The notes under the pieces are model-generated. The model did no database searches, was not told the origin of the DNA, and saw only the letters and a list, made by a program, of their open reading frames with translations. A DNA stretch of 64,000 nucleotides, taken from assembly GCA_000165425.1 (NCBI GenBank), contig CT868097.1, positions 316,867 to 380,866 of the forward strand, read 5' to 3'. This DNA comes from Paramecium tetraurelia. Its lineage: Eukaryota. Below, piece by piece: positions 27,964 to 40,149 of this stretch. The position numbers and the translations under genes were made by a program. How positions within the stretch are numbered: the stretch's first letter is position 1; each line of letters opens with the position of its first letter.

Positions 27964-29423
27964 TCATAAATTTTCAGAGAGGACCTTTTCGATCAATCTT
28001 CTTGATTATACAGTTTTAATCTTTTAACTCAGTAGATCTGACTGCTTTTCTACTTTGTCAATTAGATAAGTAACGAATTTCTTTTTGAATAGACGTTACT
28101 TCTTAAATCTCTCAAAATCTTGATTTGGTTCTTTTTCCTCTTACGGTTTATCATCTTCTAAATATTGACATGCTTTATCCATCATTTTATCCAACTACTG
28201 AAATCTCTCATTTAGTTTCGTATTGCTTTGTTGAAAAGTCTGTTCTACAACATTGCATTACTTGATAAACTTATTGAATTCAATATCAGATCTATGCAAC
28301 ACTCTATGGGATCTACTAACACTGGTAGTAGGTCTGGTGGATCTGAGAGTGCTCTCAACTTTAGATTTAGGTGTTGTATAATCAAACTTCTTTCTCAGGA
28401 AATCCTCCTTTCCGAATGTATTTTTATTTGTATCTGTTTAAACAAAGAACTTGTGATATTGAGTATCTTATGCTTCATTGACTCTTTTCATGGTTTTGCC
28501 TTTAACTTTCTTCTTAAAAAAGTCAGGATCGAATTGATCAATCCTTGTATCTTTGAATATTTGAACTAGTTGTTTGTTTTATTTCATCTCTTCATCAGCT
28601 AAAATCTTTTACATCTATTCTTGCGTAATACGCTTCTAAACGATATTCCTCCATCTCTCCACTTCATCACATGCATCTTCCTTGAATTTAATATTATCTA
28701 TATAGATATGATCATACCATTTTTGATTTCCAAAACTGAACACGCATCTAATTTTTATTCCTCACATAACTTCTTCATAAAAAAGTTAACTTGTTCTTAG
28801 TCATTAAATTCAACTTTTTGAAATCCTTCTTTGCCTAATTTTTTGTAGATCAATTTGGGGTCCTTGACTGACATCTTGAGTTCATCCAACTATAATAAGA
28901 TTATTTATATGAAACTTACAGAAGATTTGAGATTTTATCTTTGATATTGATCAAAAAGCGTATCCAAATCTCTTTGTTCAATTTGATCATTCATAAGTAG
29001 TGCTAATTTCTGGGGAACAGATATTGCCTTTTTTTTCCAATTTTTTTATTTGTTCGTATTAGATTAGCCCTGACATTAGGATAGAATGCCTTCTAATTCC
29101 TCTTGATCTATGACTTTCTGCATGATTTCTATAACCTTTTCATCCAATTCATAATTAGCTTTCACTTCTTTTAATCCGTCATTAGCTTTGGGTTTGATCT
29201 ACAATTGTGTGGTTGTAAATGTTTGGATTGGGAGTTCTGGTACTCCAGTTCGTTCTAGATTGTTTGTTTGATAAATACAACTTTTGAGATCGGCGTATTT
29301 CTTTTGGATGTACATGGTCATATTTTTATCTCTGAATTCATTGAAATTGGCATCAAAATAGCGTAATGGTCGATTCTGTAGGGTTTTGATGGCTATGAAA
29401 CCAGCAACTGCTTCATTGGACAT
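27964..29423 (-). CDS. Hypothetical coiled-coil protein
   Basis: MSNEAVAGFIAIKTLQNRPLRYFDANF... ending SRRLIEKVLSENL*. An alternative upstream ATG exists at 29459. Confidence 0.7.
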
Positions 29424-29505
29424 AAAATTATTAAATAAATAATTTAAGTGGATTGTCATCTAACTAATTCATTAATAAAAATAAAAATTTAAAAATTGGG
29501 TTTAC

Positions 29506-29718
29506 ATGATGAAATAGCAAAAAAAGATCAGGTAATTGAAAAAGAATAATAATAGAAAAAGTAATCGTCGCGTGATTCAAGTAATATAAATAATAAAGGA
29601 AGACTATTTAGACTCCTGGGTGAACACGAATGAGTATCTGCTGTCCAAATTGAATATTCCAACAAGTCTAAATTCGCAAGCTCCGGGATCGATGCTCGAA
29701 ATTCTCTTAGGAATGTGA
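29506..29718 (+). CDS. Candidate ~60-aa microprotein
   Basis: MMKQQKKIR / 24-nt intron 29532-29555 / KSNRRVIQ...EDYLDSWVNTNEYLLSKLNIPTSLNSQAPGSMLEILLGM*; locally GC-richer than its flanks. Confidence 0.45.
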
Positions 29719-29882
29719 ATGAAATTAAGCTTTCTTCTTTTATTATAATAATTATTGGGGTGGATAATATACAGGACAAGGGAGGGATTGTTCGGATCCA
29801 TTATAAAATTCTGTTATGATATCTAAAATAAATGATATTTTAGGGTATTGTATATTTTAAAAATTTGAAATATAATAAATAA

Positions 29883-32407
29883 ATGAGTAATTTTGAAAAG
29901 GTTGAGGCATTTGGACAATTGCCCCAAGCCAGATTTGGACACACGATAACATACATAGCAAAGGGCAAGGCGATATTATTCGGAGGTAACTAAGAATAAT
30001 TAAATGACAGGGGCAACAGGAGACACAGGGAAATATAGTATTACAGGAGATACATTCTCGTTCGACATGTAAAGCAAATAATGGAAGAGAGTAGAAGGTA
30101 TACATAATAAAGAAAAGAGTAGTGTAGGGTACAGCACCATCTCCTCGAGCAGCACATTCAGCAGTGTGTGTTGATATAAATTAAATCGTGATTTATGGAG
30201 GAGCCACAGGAGGTAATCAATGGATAAATAATGCAAGGTGGCAGTTTGGCATCAGATGACCTCTATTTATTGGATCTGAGATCGAACGACGATTTAGGCT
30301 AATGGACAGTCGTGCCAGTTGTGGGAACTACACCAGGCAGGAGGTATGGACACACTCTAACCTTTACAAAACCATTCCTGATAGTCTTTGGAGGCAATAC
30401 AGGACAGGAGCCAGTCAACGATTGCTGTATGAATTCTATATTAATTTAAAGGGTGTGTTAATGTAGAGAAGAGTCCCATCACTTGGGTGAGATTGGAATG
30501 CAAATCAGAATAGCCATTGGCACGAGTATATCATTCAGCTAGCATTTGCACTAATGGCAGTGCTAATGGGATGGTTGTGGCATTTGGAGGACGTTCAAAT
30601 GATCAATAAGCATTGAACGATGCCTGGGGATTGAGAAGACATCGAGATGGAAGATGGGATTGGGTCAAAGCTCCTTATAAAATTGACAAAGAATAGCCAG
30701 TTGGCAGATATCAACACACTACATTGTTCGTTTACAGCATGCTCGTTGTTATTGGGGGTAGAACTGGAAATGTTGGAGAGACCTTAACCATTGATGTTTA
30801 TGACACTGAAACATCAGAGTGGTCTAAATTCAATAGCATTTAGAGATTCAGACATTCCTCATGGTTAGTAGACACAAGTATCTTTGTCTACGGAGGATTT
30901 GAATTAGATTCACCTAACATCCCAACTGATATCATTTCTAAGATCAATTTAAATAGATTACTATTGCCAAGTGAAACTTTAACTAATAAATTAGCATAAT
31001 ATCAACATGCTTAAAGAAAGTACTATTATATTGTTATTAAGTGTATCACCTCAATCATTATCGCCTTAAATGACTCCCATATCACCAGATACTTAGGCAT
31101 CCCCTTTGAATAGTTCCTTGATTCAAAAGAAACCAGGTTAAACCGCTTAGAATACTCAAAAATAATAGAAACCATTTGCTTAAAATTAAACTGATAAATC
31201 ACAGTTTAAATTTATCAATTAGGCTGTTGTTGCTGAAGAAAGTAGGGATTCTAAAGCCCCTAATAGAAAACCAAGAGTGCCCTAAAGTGCATAAGAAAAT
31301 AATATTGCTCATCTATTCATAAGCACCTTATTATAGCCTAAGACTTTCATCAATATCTCTGAAAATGCTAAGTTTTTATTCCAGGCTTAACATATACTTA
31401 TGTTATGTGACTAAGCAGAAGCAGTTCTAAAGGAACAACCTATGGTGTTAAGATGCAAAGCTCCAATAAAGATTTTTGGAGATATTCATGGATAATATTC
31501 AGATCTAATGAGATTCTTTGATTTGTGGGGATCTCCATTTGTAGATGGCAAAGATAGCGACATAGAAGCATTTGATTATTTGTTTCTGGGAGATTTTGTG
31601 GATAGAGGTAATCATTCTTTGGAAACCATTTGTTTATTGTTGGCTTTAAAGGTAAGATTTCCAGAATCAATTCATTTGATTAGAGGAAATCATGAAGACA
31701 AGTGGATTAACAATGGATTTGGATTTTCAGAGGAATGTGCTTAGAGATTAGGCGAGGATCCTAATGATGAAGATTCAGTATTTGCAAGAGTCAATAGACT
31801 TTTTGAATGGTTGCCATTGGCTGCCATAGTTGAGGACAAGATCATTTGTCTTCATGGAGGAATAGGCAGTCAATTAAATTATGTGGCTGAAATAGAGAAT
31901 CTGTAAAGACCTTTGGAAGTGATTCATGAAGTCACTACACCAGAACAATAATTAGTAGTTGATATTTTATGGTCAGATCCTACTGATACAGATTAAGACT
32001 TTGGAATCTAACCAAATATTATTAGGGATCCTGCAGGTACTGGAAATATAGTAAAATTTGGACCAGATAGAGTTATAAATTTCCTTATTAAAAATAATCT
32101 TTCTCTTATTATTCGTGCTCATGAATGTGTTATGGATGGCTTTGAGAGATTCGCTGGTAATATTTCATTTAGATTTTGATTAGGAGGTCAATTACTAACT
32201 GTTTTCAGTGCAACAGATTATTGTGGTAGACACAAGAATGCAGGTGCCGTGCTTATTCTTAAAAGAAACTTAGAGATTGTGCCAAAATTGATATACCCCT
32301 AAAATCTGAATGCTCACAATTGGATTGAGGATGAGGAAGCATTAAAGAAGAGACCACCTACACCACCTCGTTGGAAAAATTAAGGTCAACGTAGAAGTTA
32401 TGATTGA
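29883..32407 (+). CDS. PPKL: Kelch-repeat Ser/Thr protein phosphatase (PPKL/BSU1 family)
   Basis: N-terminal kelch repeats ([31 protein letters not shown]); PPP motifs [44 protein letters not shown]; several 22-30 nt introns. Confidence 0.95.
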
Positions 32408-32468
32408 CTTTTATGTAATCGTTTTATTCATAAATTTTGTAAAAAACAGTAAACATCATTTCACAAAC

Positions 32469-32726
32469 TCATTTGGTTTTCAAAATTCCTTTCTTTGGAT
32501 AACCATTAAATCTGATCACCTTCTTTATCATCGTCTCAGATGGAACAAAATGATGCACTTTATTCTCAGTAAATCTGATCTTACATTTATCCGTTGAAAC
32601 ATCATCTGCTTACCTCATCCACTTTCGATTAACTAGATTCAGTATATACTTTCGATATCTGCTTATTTGTTTAGATGATAAATTAAAGTGAGTTTTACAA
32701 ACAGGTTTCGTTCTTGTTTTAATCAT
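32469..32726 (-). CDS. 85-aa basic protein with RVxF-type and GILK motifs (candidate PP1-family regulator)
   Basis: Intronless frame MIKTRTKPVCKTHF...DKCKIRFTENKVHHFVPSETMIKKVIRFNGYPKKGILKTK*. Confidence 0.65.
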
Positions 32727-32791
32727 TAACAAATTGTTACTAAATTAAATATTATTAAATTTATTGCTCAACTTCTATTTAAATAACAAGA

Positions 32792-33082
32792 ATGTCCTCA
32801 GCTCTCAAAAAACCAACTAATCTCAAACCAATCAACAAAATGACTAGATCTTTTAATAATATATCTATTCTTAAATAGGATTCCTCCAAAATTATTAAAA
32901 CTCAAACTCTAAAGAATGATTACTATGTCCAACTCTCTTCTCGTCGAGAAACCTAAAGTCTTAACTTTATAAATTCAGTCAAAAAGATTAAGATCATTTA
33001 ACAAAGTGATATTTCTATTGAAAATTAATCCAAGCCCAACTTACTTAGAGGGACAAAATCAAGAAACTCATATCAAAAATGA
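32792..33082 (+). CDS. Hypothetical small basic protein, 96 aa
   Basis: MSSALKKPTNLKPINKMTRSF...RGTKSRNSYQK*, uninterrupted. Confidence 0.55.
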
Positions 33083-36000
33083 CCATTCATCTGTAAATAA
33101 TTAAAGTCTTTATTAAATAAAATCATCATTCAAGAAATGAAAAATTAAATAGTTTATATTTATTATATACAAATAATCTAATTAGTTAAATTAGGCTAAT
33201 ATATCTTAAACTACATCAGTTCAGTAGAGAACATAATCAAATACAAAAAGTTTCTGTCATATATTTCTCATTAAATTTTAATTATCAAATACTACTTATA
33301 ATATAATGTATATTCCATTAATCAAAGTCAAACATAGTTCCAGTAATAAAATTACTAAATATTGAAGTATTTATCACATTTTAAAAAGAAGAGCCACAAT
33401 ACCTTATATTTTTAATTTAATCTCTTCTCTGAATATTAAAGTATCAAAATAATTAGAATCTATTTAAATCTCATTTCCTTAAGTTCATTTTCTAATATAA
33501 CTGTTTTAACTATATGATCTTTGCATGTATCTCTAATTACATCTGCAGTAATTGAACATAAATTCATTAAGGTAAACTGCTATTAAGATATTGTATTTAT
33601 GTTATTGTATAACTTTAAATTAATAAGGTAATTTAATAGCATTATATTAATAATATAGTAAGTAAATAGCTTCAATTATGCTACTTGACTTTATGAAGTT
33701 TATATTTTTTAAAACACCCTAATAAGTCAACCAGATATATTTAAATATTTACAGTTAGTTTAGTTAATAAATAAGATAAAAAGCTTTATATTGTTTAATT
33801 ATAATAGAGTTAAATAATTTATTTCTTTAAAATCTTATTATTTCATATCAACTAATGAGGAAGTTTTATTTGAAATTGAAGAACTAATTCGTTTAATTTC
33901 ATTTATTAATAGATTAAATAAAACTAATCAGTCTTAAAATAAATATGCAATTCTTAATCTCATATTAATTTTTGATCTATTCAAATAAAATAAAAATAAT
34001 GATAATATAGAAAGGGTTTAAATAAAATCAGGTGTGGATATTGAGCTGGTTTCCTGTGTATCTAAACTTACTACTTGTATAAAAAAAATAGTTTACATTT
34101 TTGATTAGGCTAATTAAAAATTTTAGTTCTATCAGGACAATATATTTAATATATTATATTCTATAATGTTGAACCTAAAATAAGTATGGTTATCTAAATG
34201 ATTACCTATAGCATTTTGGTTAGAATCCAAAATTTAAAAGAAGGAATTAAATATATATTTTGATTTTGCTTTTTAAATTACTTTTTTTAAATGCTTAATT
34301 TAGACAGGAAAGCAGATCTATTAAGATGATATATTTAATTAATTTAAGAATTTTGTAGATGTCAAGATAATTAAGATTGTAAAATATTTTGATGTTTCTA
34401 GAGCTTTGTATTAAATAGACTAATTCTGTTATATGAAAAATATAATAATATCTATCTAAATTAACATGACACTTTAATAGAACTACTAAACTGACATTTC
34501 TTTAAAGTCTTATAAACGAATTTCATTGAATAAAGAGAATATAATTCTAACAATAATAAAGAAAATCTGTAGATTCTCTATCTCAAGTGGATAAGATTTC
34601 TAACAATATTTTTCTATTGTTATTGTTCATAGTCATTCGTGATTATTTCATTAAATTAATCTTTTTTATTATGATATTATCAAAGGAGATAAAATAAAGC
34701 ATCTTTTTTAATTCAGTATAATTCTAAATAATTATCCACAATTAAATATCTTCTAATTATTAAGATACTTTTTATGGTTTTAATAGATTTAAAACTATTC
34801 CTAATTTAAATTAATATCTCTATCATAAAACAATTATAAGAGGAATAAATTTTCTAGGATCTAAAACCTTTAAAGATAATACTATAGGGCTAATCATAGA
34901 AAATGCATTAAGTTTGAATGAATCAGAGAGAGAATGTTCTCAAATTCAAATAGATAATTAATAATGTGATGAAAGTTTAAGTGTAAACATTAATAAAGGA
35001 TGCCTTAAGTTCGAAGGATGGAATCTATTTATTTTCTAATTAATGGAAATGAAGGTTAATACATATTTATTTCAAAGAATCGCTTTTTAAACAATAAAAT
35101 CTAGCGAAACTTGAATGCTACTTAAAATTCTCTTATTATTCTGTAAGATACATATTTTAAGGCATTCTTTATTTCATATTAAATTTCCTGGATGATGGAA
35201 ATTATTTAGTATATAATTGAAAAAAAAATTTGATTATTAATCTATATGTATATAATTATATTTCTATTTAAATTAGAGATTATAATGGAAATAATTTAAA
35301 AATTGAAATCAATTTTATTCTTAAAAAGAAGGATAAGATTTATATCAAATATAATAATTATACTTAACAAATTAAATTATGAAAATGTGACTATTTTATG
35401 AGAATTGATAAAGTGGATACTATAATGTTTAGATGTAATAAATTTATATTTTAATAGACTCTACTTTAATATATATATATAAAATAGAAATACTCATCAA
35501 CTAATATCTATTGAAATGATAATAATGGTGGATTAGTAATAAACTATATTTAATATTATAAATTCTAATTATTCTATTTTATTTAGTTTGTTGTTATAAA
35601 ATTTGAGCAAAGATATTGCAATTATATCTAAAAATGAGTCTTTTGTGCTAAAATTTGCTAATTGAATTGAAACTAGTCCAACCTATATTATTATTACCAA
35701 ACATTCTCATTTATATGAAATTAAATGATTTCTCATTTGATCTCCATAAATTTAAGTTCGATAATTTTTTCAATTTTTTTGAGCCTTCTTATTATAAGTG
35801 CTAGAAGATTAAGTCCTTCTAGATTCTTCAACAATATAAGATTTTTACATAAGTCATAGAACAAAATTTTAGCGAAATTTTGTGTAAGTATATTGTGCGC
35901 TTGTTTGATTATGCAAAATTCTGAGAATAGGCTGATAGATGATAAGCTTGATATTGCAAATAGCTTAGCTTGATAATATGAGTGTTTTTAATGTCTAAAT

Positions 36001-36322
36001 TCGATAGATCTAAAAATCCTTGCGCTGCAGATTATACCTCCAAAATACTAATTAGTCATGCTATCTTAAGACTTTAGAATGCAAAGACAAATAGGTGATA
36101 ATTATTTTAAGGAAATGAGAAATATGATTTAGAAGAGACCTGCAGATTAGATTTTTATAAAATAAAAAAAAAATTAAAACTTTAGAATCCCAAATTGCAT
36201 AAATATTGGTAATTTATTTTATAAATCATAAGAAGGAAATTATGGAATTAAAAATCATTCCATAATTTTAATTGTGGGTATTTAAGAAGATTTTCTTTAT
36301 AAATAAATTTTAATCATTTAAA

Positions 36323-37270
36323 ATGTAAACTCCACAAATTCCAGCTGTAGTATCTATTAGACCATTCACAGTCCCAAGCAGATTCTTGGCAACAGCCACA
36401 AACAAATCAAGAGCTCTTGGAGAAGATTTTGATGTCAGAATTGCTAACTAAGCTTCTGAAAGCTCTTATTTCTTATTAGAACACGTCAATGGTGCAGTAT
36501 ATAGAATCAAGCCAGCTACACATCCAGATCACTTTGTTTTCTGTTCAAATGATAACCACAGAAAATTCGGAAATGATTTCGATGTCAGAACACACCACTT
36601 TGCAGAACCCAGAAACAATTGGATCATCGAAAATGTTGGATGGAGTACATTCACAATCAGATCTGAAACAAATCCAAATTTCTATCTTTTCGCTGCTGAT
36701 GATGGATCAAATGCCCATCAAGGTGAATTAGATGTCAGAACTCATGCTCACCATGAGGAAAGAAATCTTTGGTTCATTGTCACAATTCCAAACATTGTCC
36801 ACCCATATCCACTTTTATAACAACCACCTGTTGTTTCATTGAGACCCGTTCTCTTACCTCAACACTACCTCACATTTGCAGAAACACATCAATAATTCCA
36901 ATCTGATTTTGCAGTCAAAGCCAGAGGAGCAAAGACAGACAAGACCTAATTCTTCTTGGATAGAGTCTAAGGAAATGTATTCACAATCAGATCAGCTGCC
37001 AGTCCACTCTACTACTTGTTCTGTGCTAATGGTTAAGCCTATAACTAATGGGGAGACTTCGATGCCAGATTCCACACACACAAAGAACCAAGAAACAATT
37101 GGATCATTGAACCCGCAGGCCCAGGATATTGGACCATTAAATCAGCTACAAATCCCAATCACTTCTTGTTTGGACTTCAAGATGAAGGAAATGGCCACGA
37201 ATTCAGTGTTAGAACACATCCATTTGTCGAGGATAGAAACAAGTGGGCAATCGATGGATTCAATGGATGA
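36323..37270 (+). CDS. His-rich six-repeat protein, probable tandem beta-trefoil (ricin-B/fascin/AbfB-like), 315 aa
   Basis: Intronless; six ~50-aa repeats, consensus approx. F-T-I-R/K-S-x3-P-x2-Y/F-L-F-x~12-D-F-D-V-R-T-H-x3-E-x-R-N-x-W-x-I; strong C-ending codon bias. Confidence 0.85.
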
Positions 37271-37690
37271 GTATTACATATAAGATATTAAATATCAATC
37301 ATGTCTATTCAAATTTACTTATTGTTCTTCATTATAAGACCTATTTCTGAATTTATTCTGAAATATCTTATTTTGTTCAGGTATTAATCAAATCAAAAAT
37401 CTTTTTTTCCTTCCCTTCCTCTTTAATTCATACAATATACAGTACAAATATATATCTCTAAGTTAACAGCTGCTTTATTCCTCAATTATGAAGTCTTTTT
37501 AGCTAATTTGAAGATTAATTAATATTGATCTGTTCCTTCCTCTAAATAAATTTCTAGTCATTGTTTCTTCATCACAGTTCCTCATATCACTCATTCATAA
37601 CATTTATTGTATAATCTATTATTGTATTATAAGATTTGAATGAATTGGAATTAGCATAACTTTATTAATCAAAATAAATAAAAATTATCT

Positions 37691-38646
37691 ATGGAACTTG
37701 GTTCTGCTCCTTTACTTGTTTCTTTTTGACCTGTAGCTGCATCAACTAGATATCTTGCAGTTTGCACTGATAAATCTAAAGCTCTTAATGAGGATATTGA
37801 TGTTGGATGCGTTTAAGAAAAATAAATTGACACATATTTCATTATTGAATAAGTCAAGAGAATGTTTGTTTATGCCATTAAATCATCCGCTAAACCTAAT
37901 CAATATTTATTTTGCTCTAATGACAATACAAGAAAATTTAAGGATGATTTCGATGTTAGAACACATTCATTTAAAGAAACAAGAAATAATTGGATTATTC
38001 AATGTCATGGCTGGAGTGTATTCACCATCAGATCAGAGACTAATCCAGATCAATTTTTATTTGTGGCTACAGATAAGTCAAATAACCATGATAAGGATTT
38101 TGATGTACGCACCTAAAATAAGGAAAATCAAAATAATCATTGGTATATTGTCACTAACCCAAACTTTTCCACTCCCTATCCTTTAAAACATGATCTAATT
38201 ATTGTCACATTCAATCCTGCACATTTACAATAAAACTTTCTAACTATTGGAGACTCTCATAAATCATTCTCTGACGATTTTAGTGTCAATGTTAAATAGA
38301 ATCGTGATTAACATTCTAAATTTATACTCGATAGAGTGACTGGAGATGCCTTTGCTATCAGATCATTCTTTTCCCCTCGTTTTACTTAGTTATTGATAAT
38401 AAAAAAGAATTAAATCAATTTCATGATTACGATGTCAGATTTCATCCTATTAAAGAACTCAGAAATATCTGGCTAATTCAATAAGTAGAATTCAATTTTT
38501 GGACCATTCAATCATTAACTAACCCTAATTAATATTTATTCGCAGTCTAAGATGAACCTCAAAATGATTAAAGCTTTCCAATTAGAACTCGCCCATTCCT
38601 AGAAGATAGAAATAAATGGGTAATTGATGGATTATTATAATAATGA
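37691..38646 (+). pseudogene. Disrupted tandem paralog of the six-repeat protein
   Basis: Colinear with 36323-37270 (e.g. FCSNDNTRKFKDDFDVRTHSFKETRNNWII). In-frame TGA at 37727-37729 aligns with Arg of the paralog, and there is a 1-nt deletion near 38381-38384. Confidence 0.75.
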
Positions 38647-38845
38647 ATATTTGCAATAAGATACAATCTTATTGATTTGATGGTTTTCTCCCTTTTTGTC
38701 TTTTTTAGAAATCTTACCATCAAATAATAGGAACCTTCTAAATCAAAGACCAATATTATTCCAAATTTATTTTATTTATTATAAATCAAACTTCTATTCT
38801 AATATAAATTATATAAAATAATAATTATGTATAAATTATACTTAA

Positions 38846-39716
38846 ATGGAAGCAAATAAATACTTGATTAATTACAGAGGTTTATTAGAAATCAATAATA
38901 TTATTATTTATATTCCATAATTGTTCGTATTTCATAAACAGCCTTTGATTATAAGAAAAATGTTGAATTTATGACATATAATATGACGTAATTGTAAAAC
39001 ATGTTTAAATTAATTGCGCAATTAAATTATTTTGTTGTTAATTGCCCCATTTATAATGGGATACTTATATCATCAAATCCCTTTGTTGAGTCAAAATGAT
39101 TTATTATCAATCATTTAAAATTCTGTTATATTTTTTAGCAAATCAAGCATCAAAAATTTCATTCATTAATAAATTTATTATTCATGTCTTTACATTAATT
39201 TATCACTAGCAACAATAAAGGTTTGCAAAAATAGTTAGAGTTTAAAAATTTTATTGTGAAAAATTAGACAATAAGTATTAGAAGACCGAAAAAATTTTTA
39301 AATCGACACAGTAGATAAATTACATTCGGATCAACAAACGACAGAGAAATTCATTAGTCAAAGTTGCCAAGTCTCCCTTAATACGATGTAAATTATCAAC
39401 AAGTTGACAAACACTAAAGAACGGTCTCTATTAAGGCAGATCGAGAGTCTGTTATACAATTCACTTAAGAAAACACCAATACTTCCCCTATTAAATAGGA
39501 AACATGGGTTAGACAGAGAAAAGGAAGTCTTAATTTAAACGAAGTAAAAGTAAAAATGCCCAAGATGAATTTATAAATGCCCTTAAATTATTTTGATTTT
39601 GAAATTTAATAGCCTTTGAGTTTAAAATAGGTGTATCATTTATTTGATATATTAAAGTAAATTATTATAAATATTTTAGAGAAAAACACTAAATAAAAAC
39701 AACAAGGGAAGTATGA
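38846..39716 (+). CDS. Hypothetical protein
   Basis: Long open frame 39241-39656 (RRPKNFLNRHSRQITFGS...), terminal intron 39657-39679, TGA at 39714; 5' exon structure uncertain. Confidence 0.55.
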
Positions 39717-40149
39717 ATTTAGAGACTCGAAAGTGTTTATGATTTAATTTAAATTTGTTTTGGAAATTATTCGAACATCAAAAATGTTATAATTTAATTC
39801 TGATTCCAAATAATTTTTGGTTTTATTATTATATATTTTTTTGATCATTAATATTTTAATAATTAAAATTTAGATCCTGCTTTATAAAAATATATTAATA
39901 ATAGAAATAGGATATATCAAATAACTTACCATTATTTCTAAAACAATATATAATATTAGATATTAATTGAATAAAATTCTAATAAATCTAATAAATTTAT
40001 TATAAATGTCTTTAAAAGTTTAAATGGATGAAGATCTTAATGTTTGCAATGCTGTCCTTTCATCGATAGGAGCACCAAGTAGGTATTGAATATTTCCTAT
40101 TAAATTTAAAATAAATAAAATCTTTTTATATAAAATATATTTATAATTA

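Noticed and set aside
35840..35890. Hairpin acaaaattt-tagcg-aaattttgt
   Set aside because: A 9-bp AT-rich stem is expected by chance at this base composition.
37727..37729. In-frame TGA as selenocysteine or read-through
   Set aside because: Aligns to Arg, not Cys, in the paralog; the same gene also has a frameshift; no SECIS recognised.
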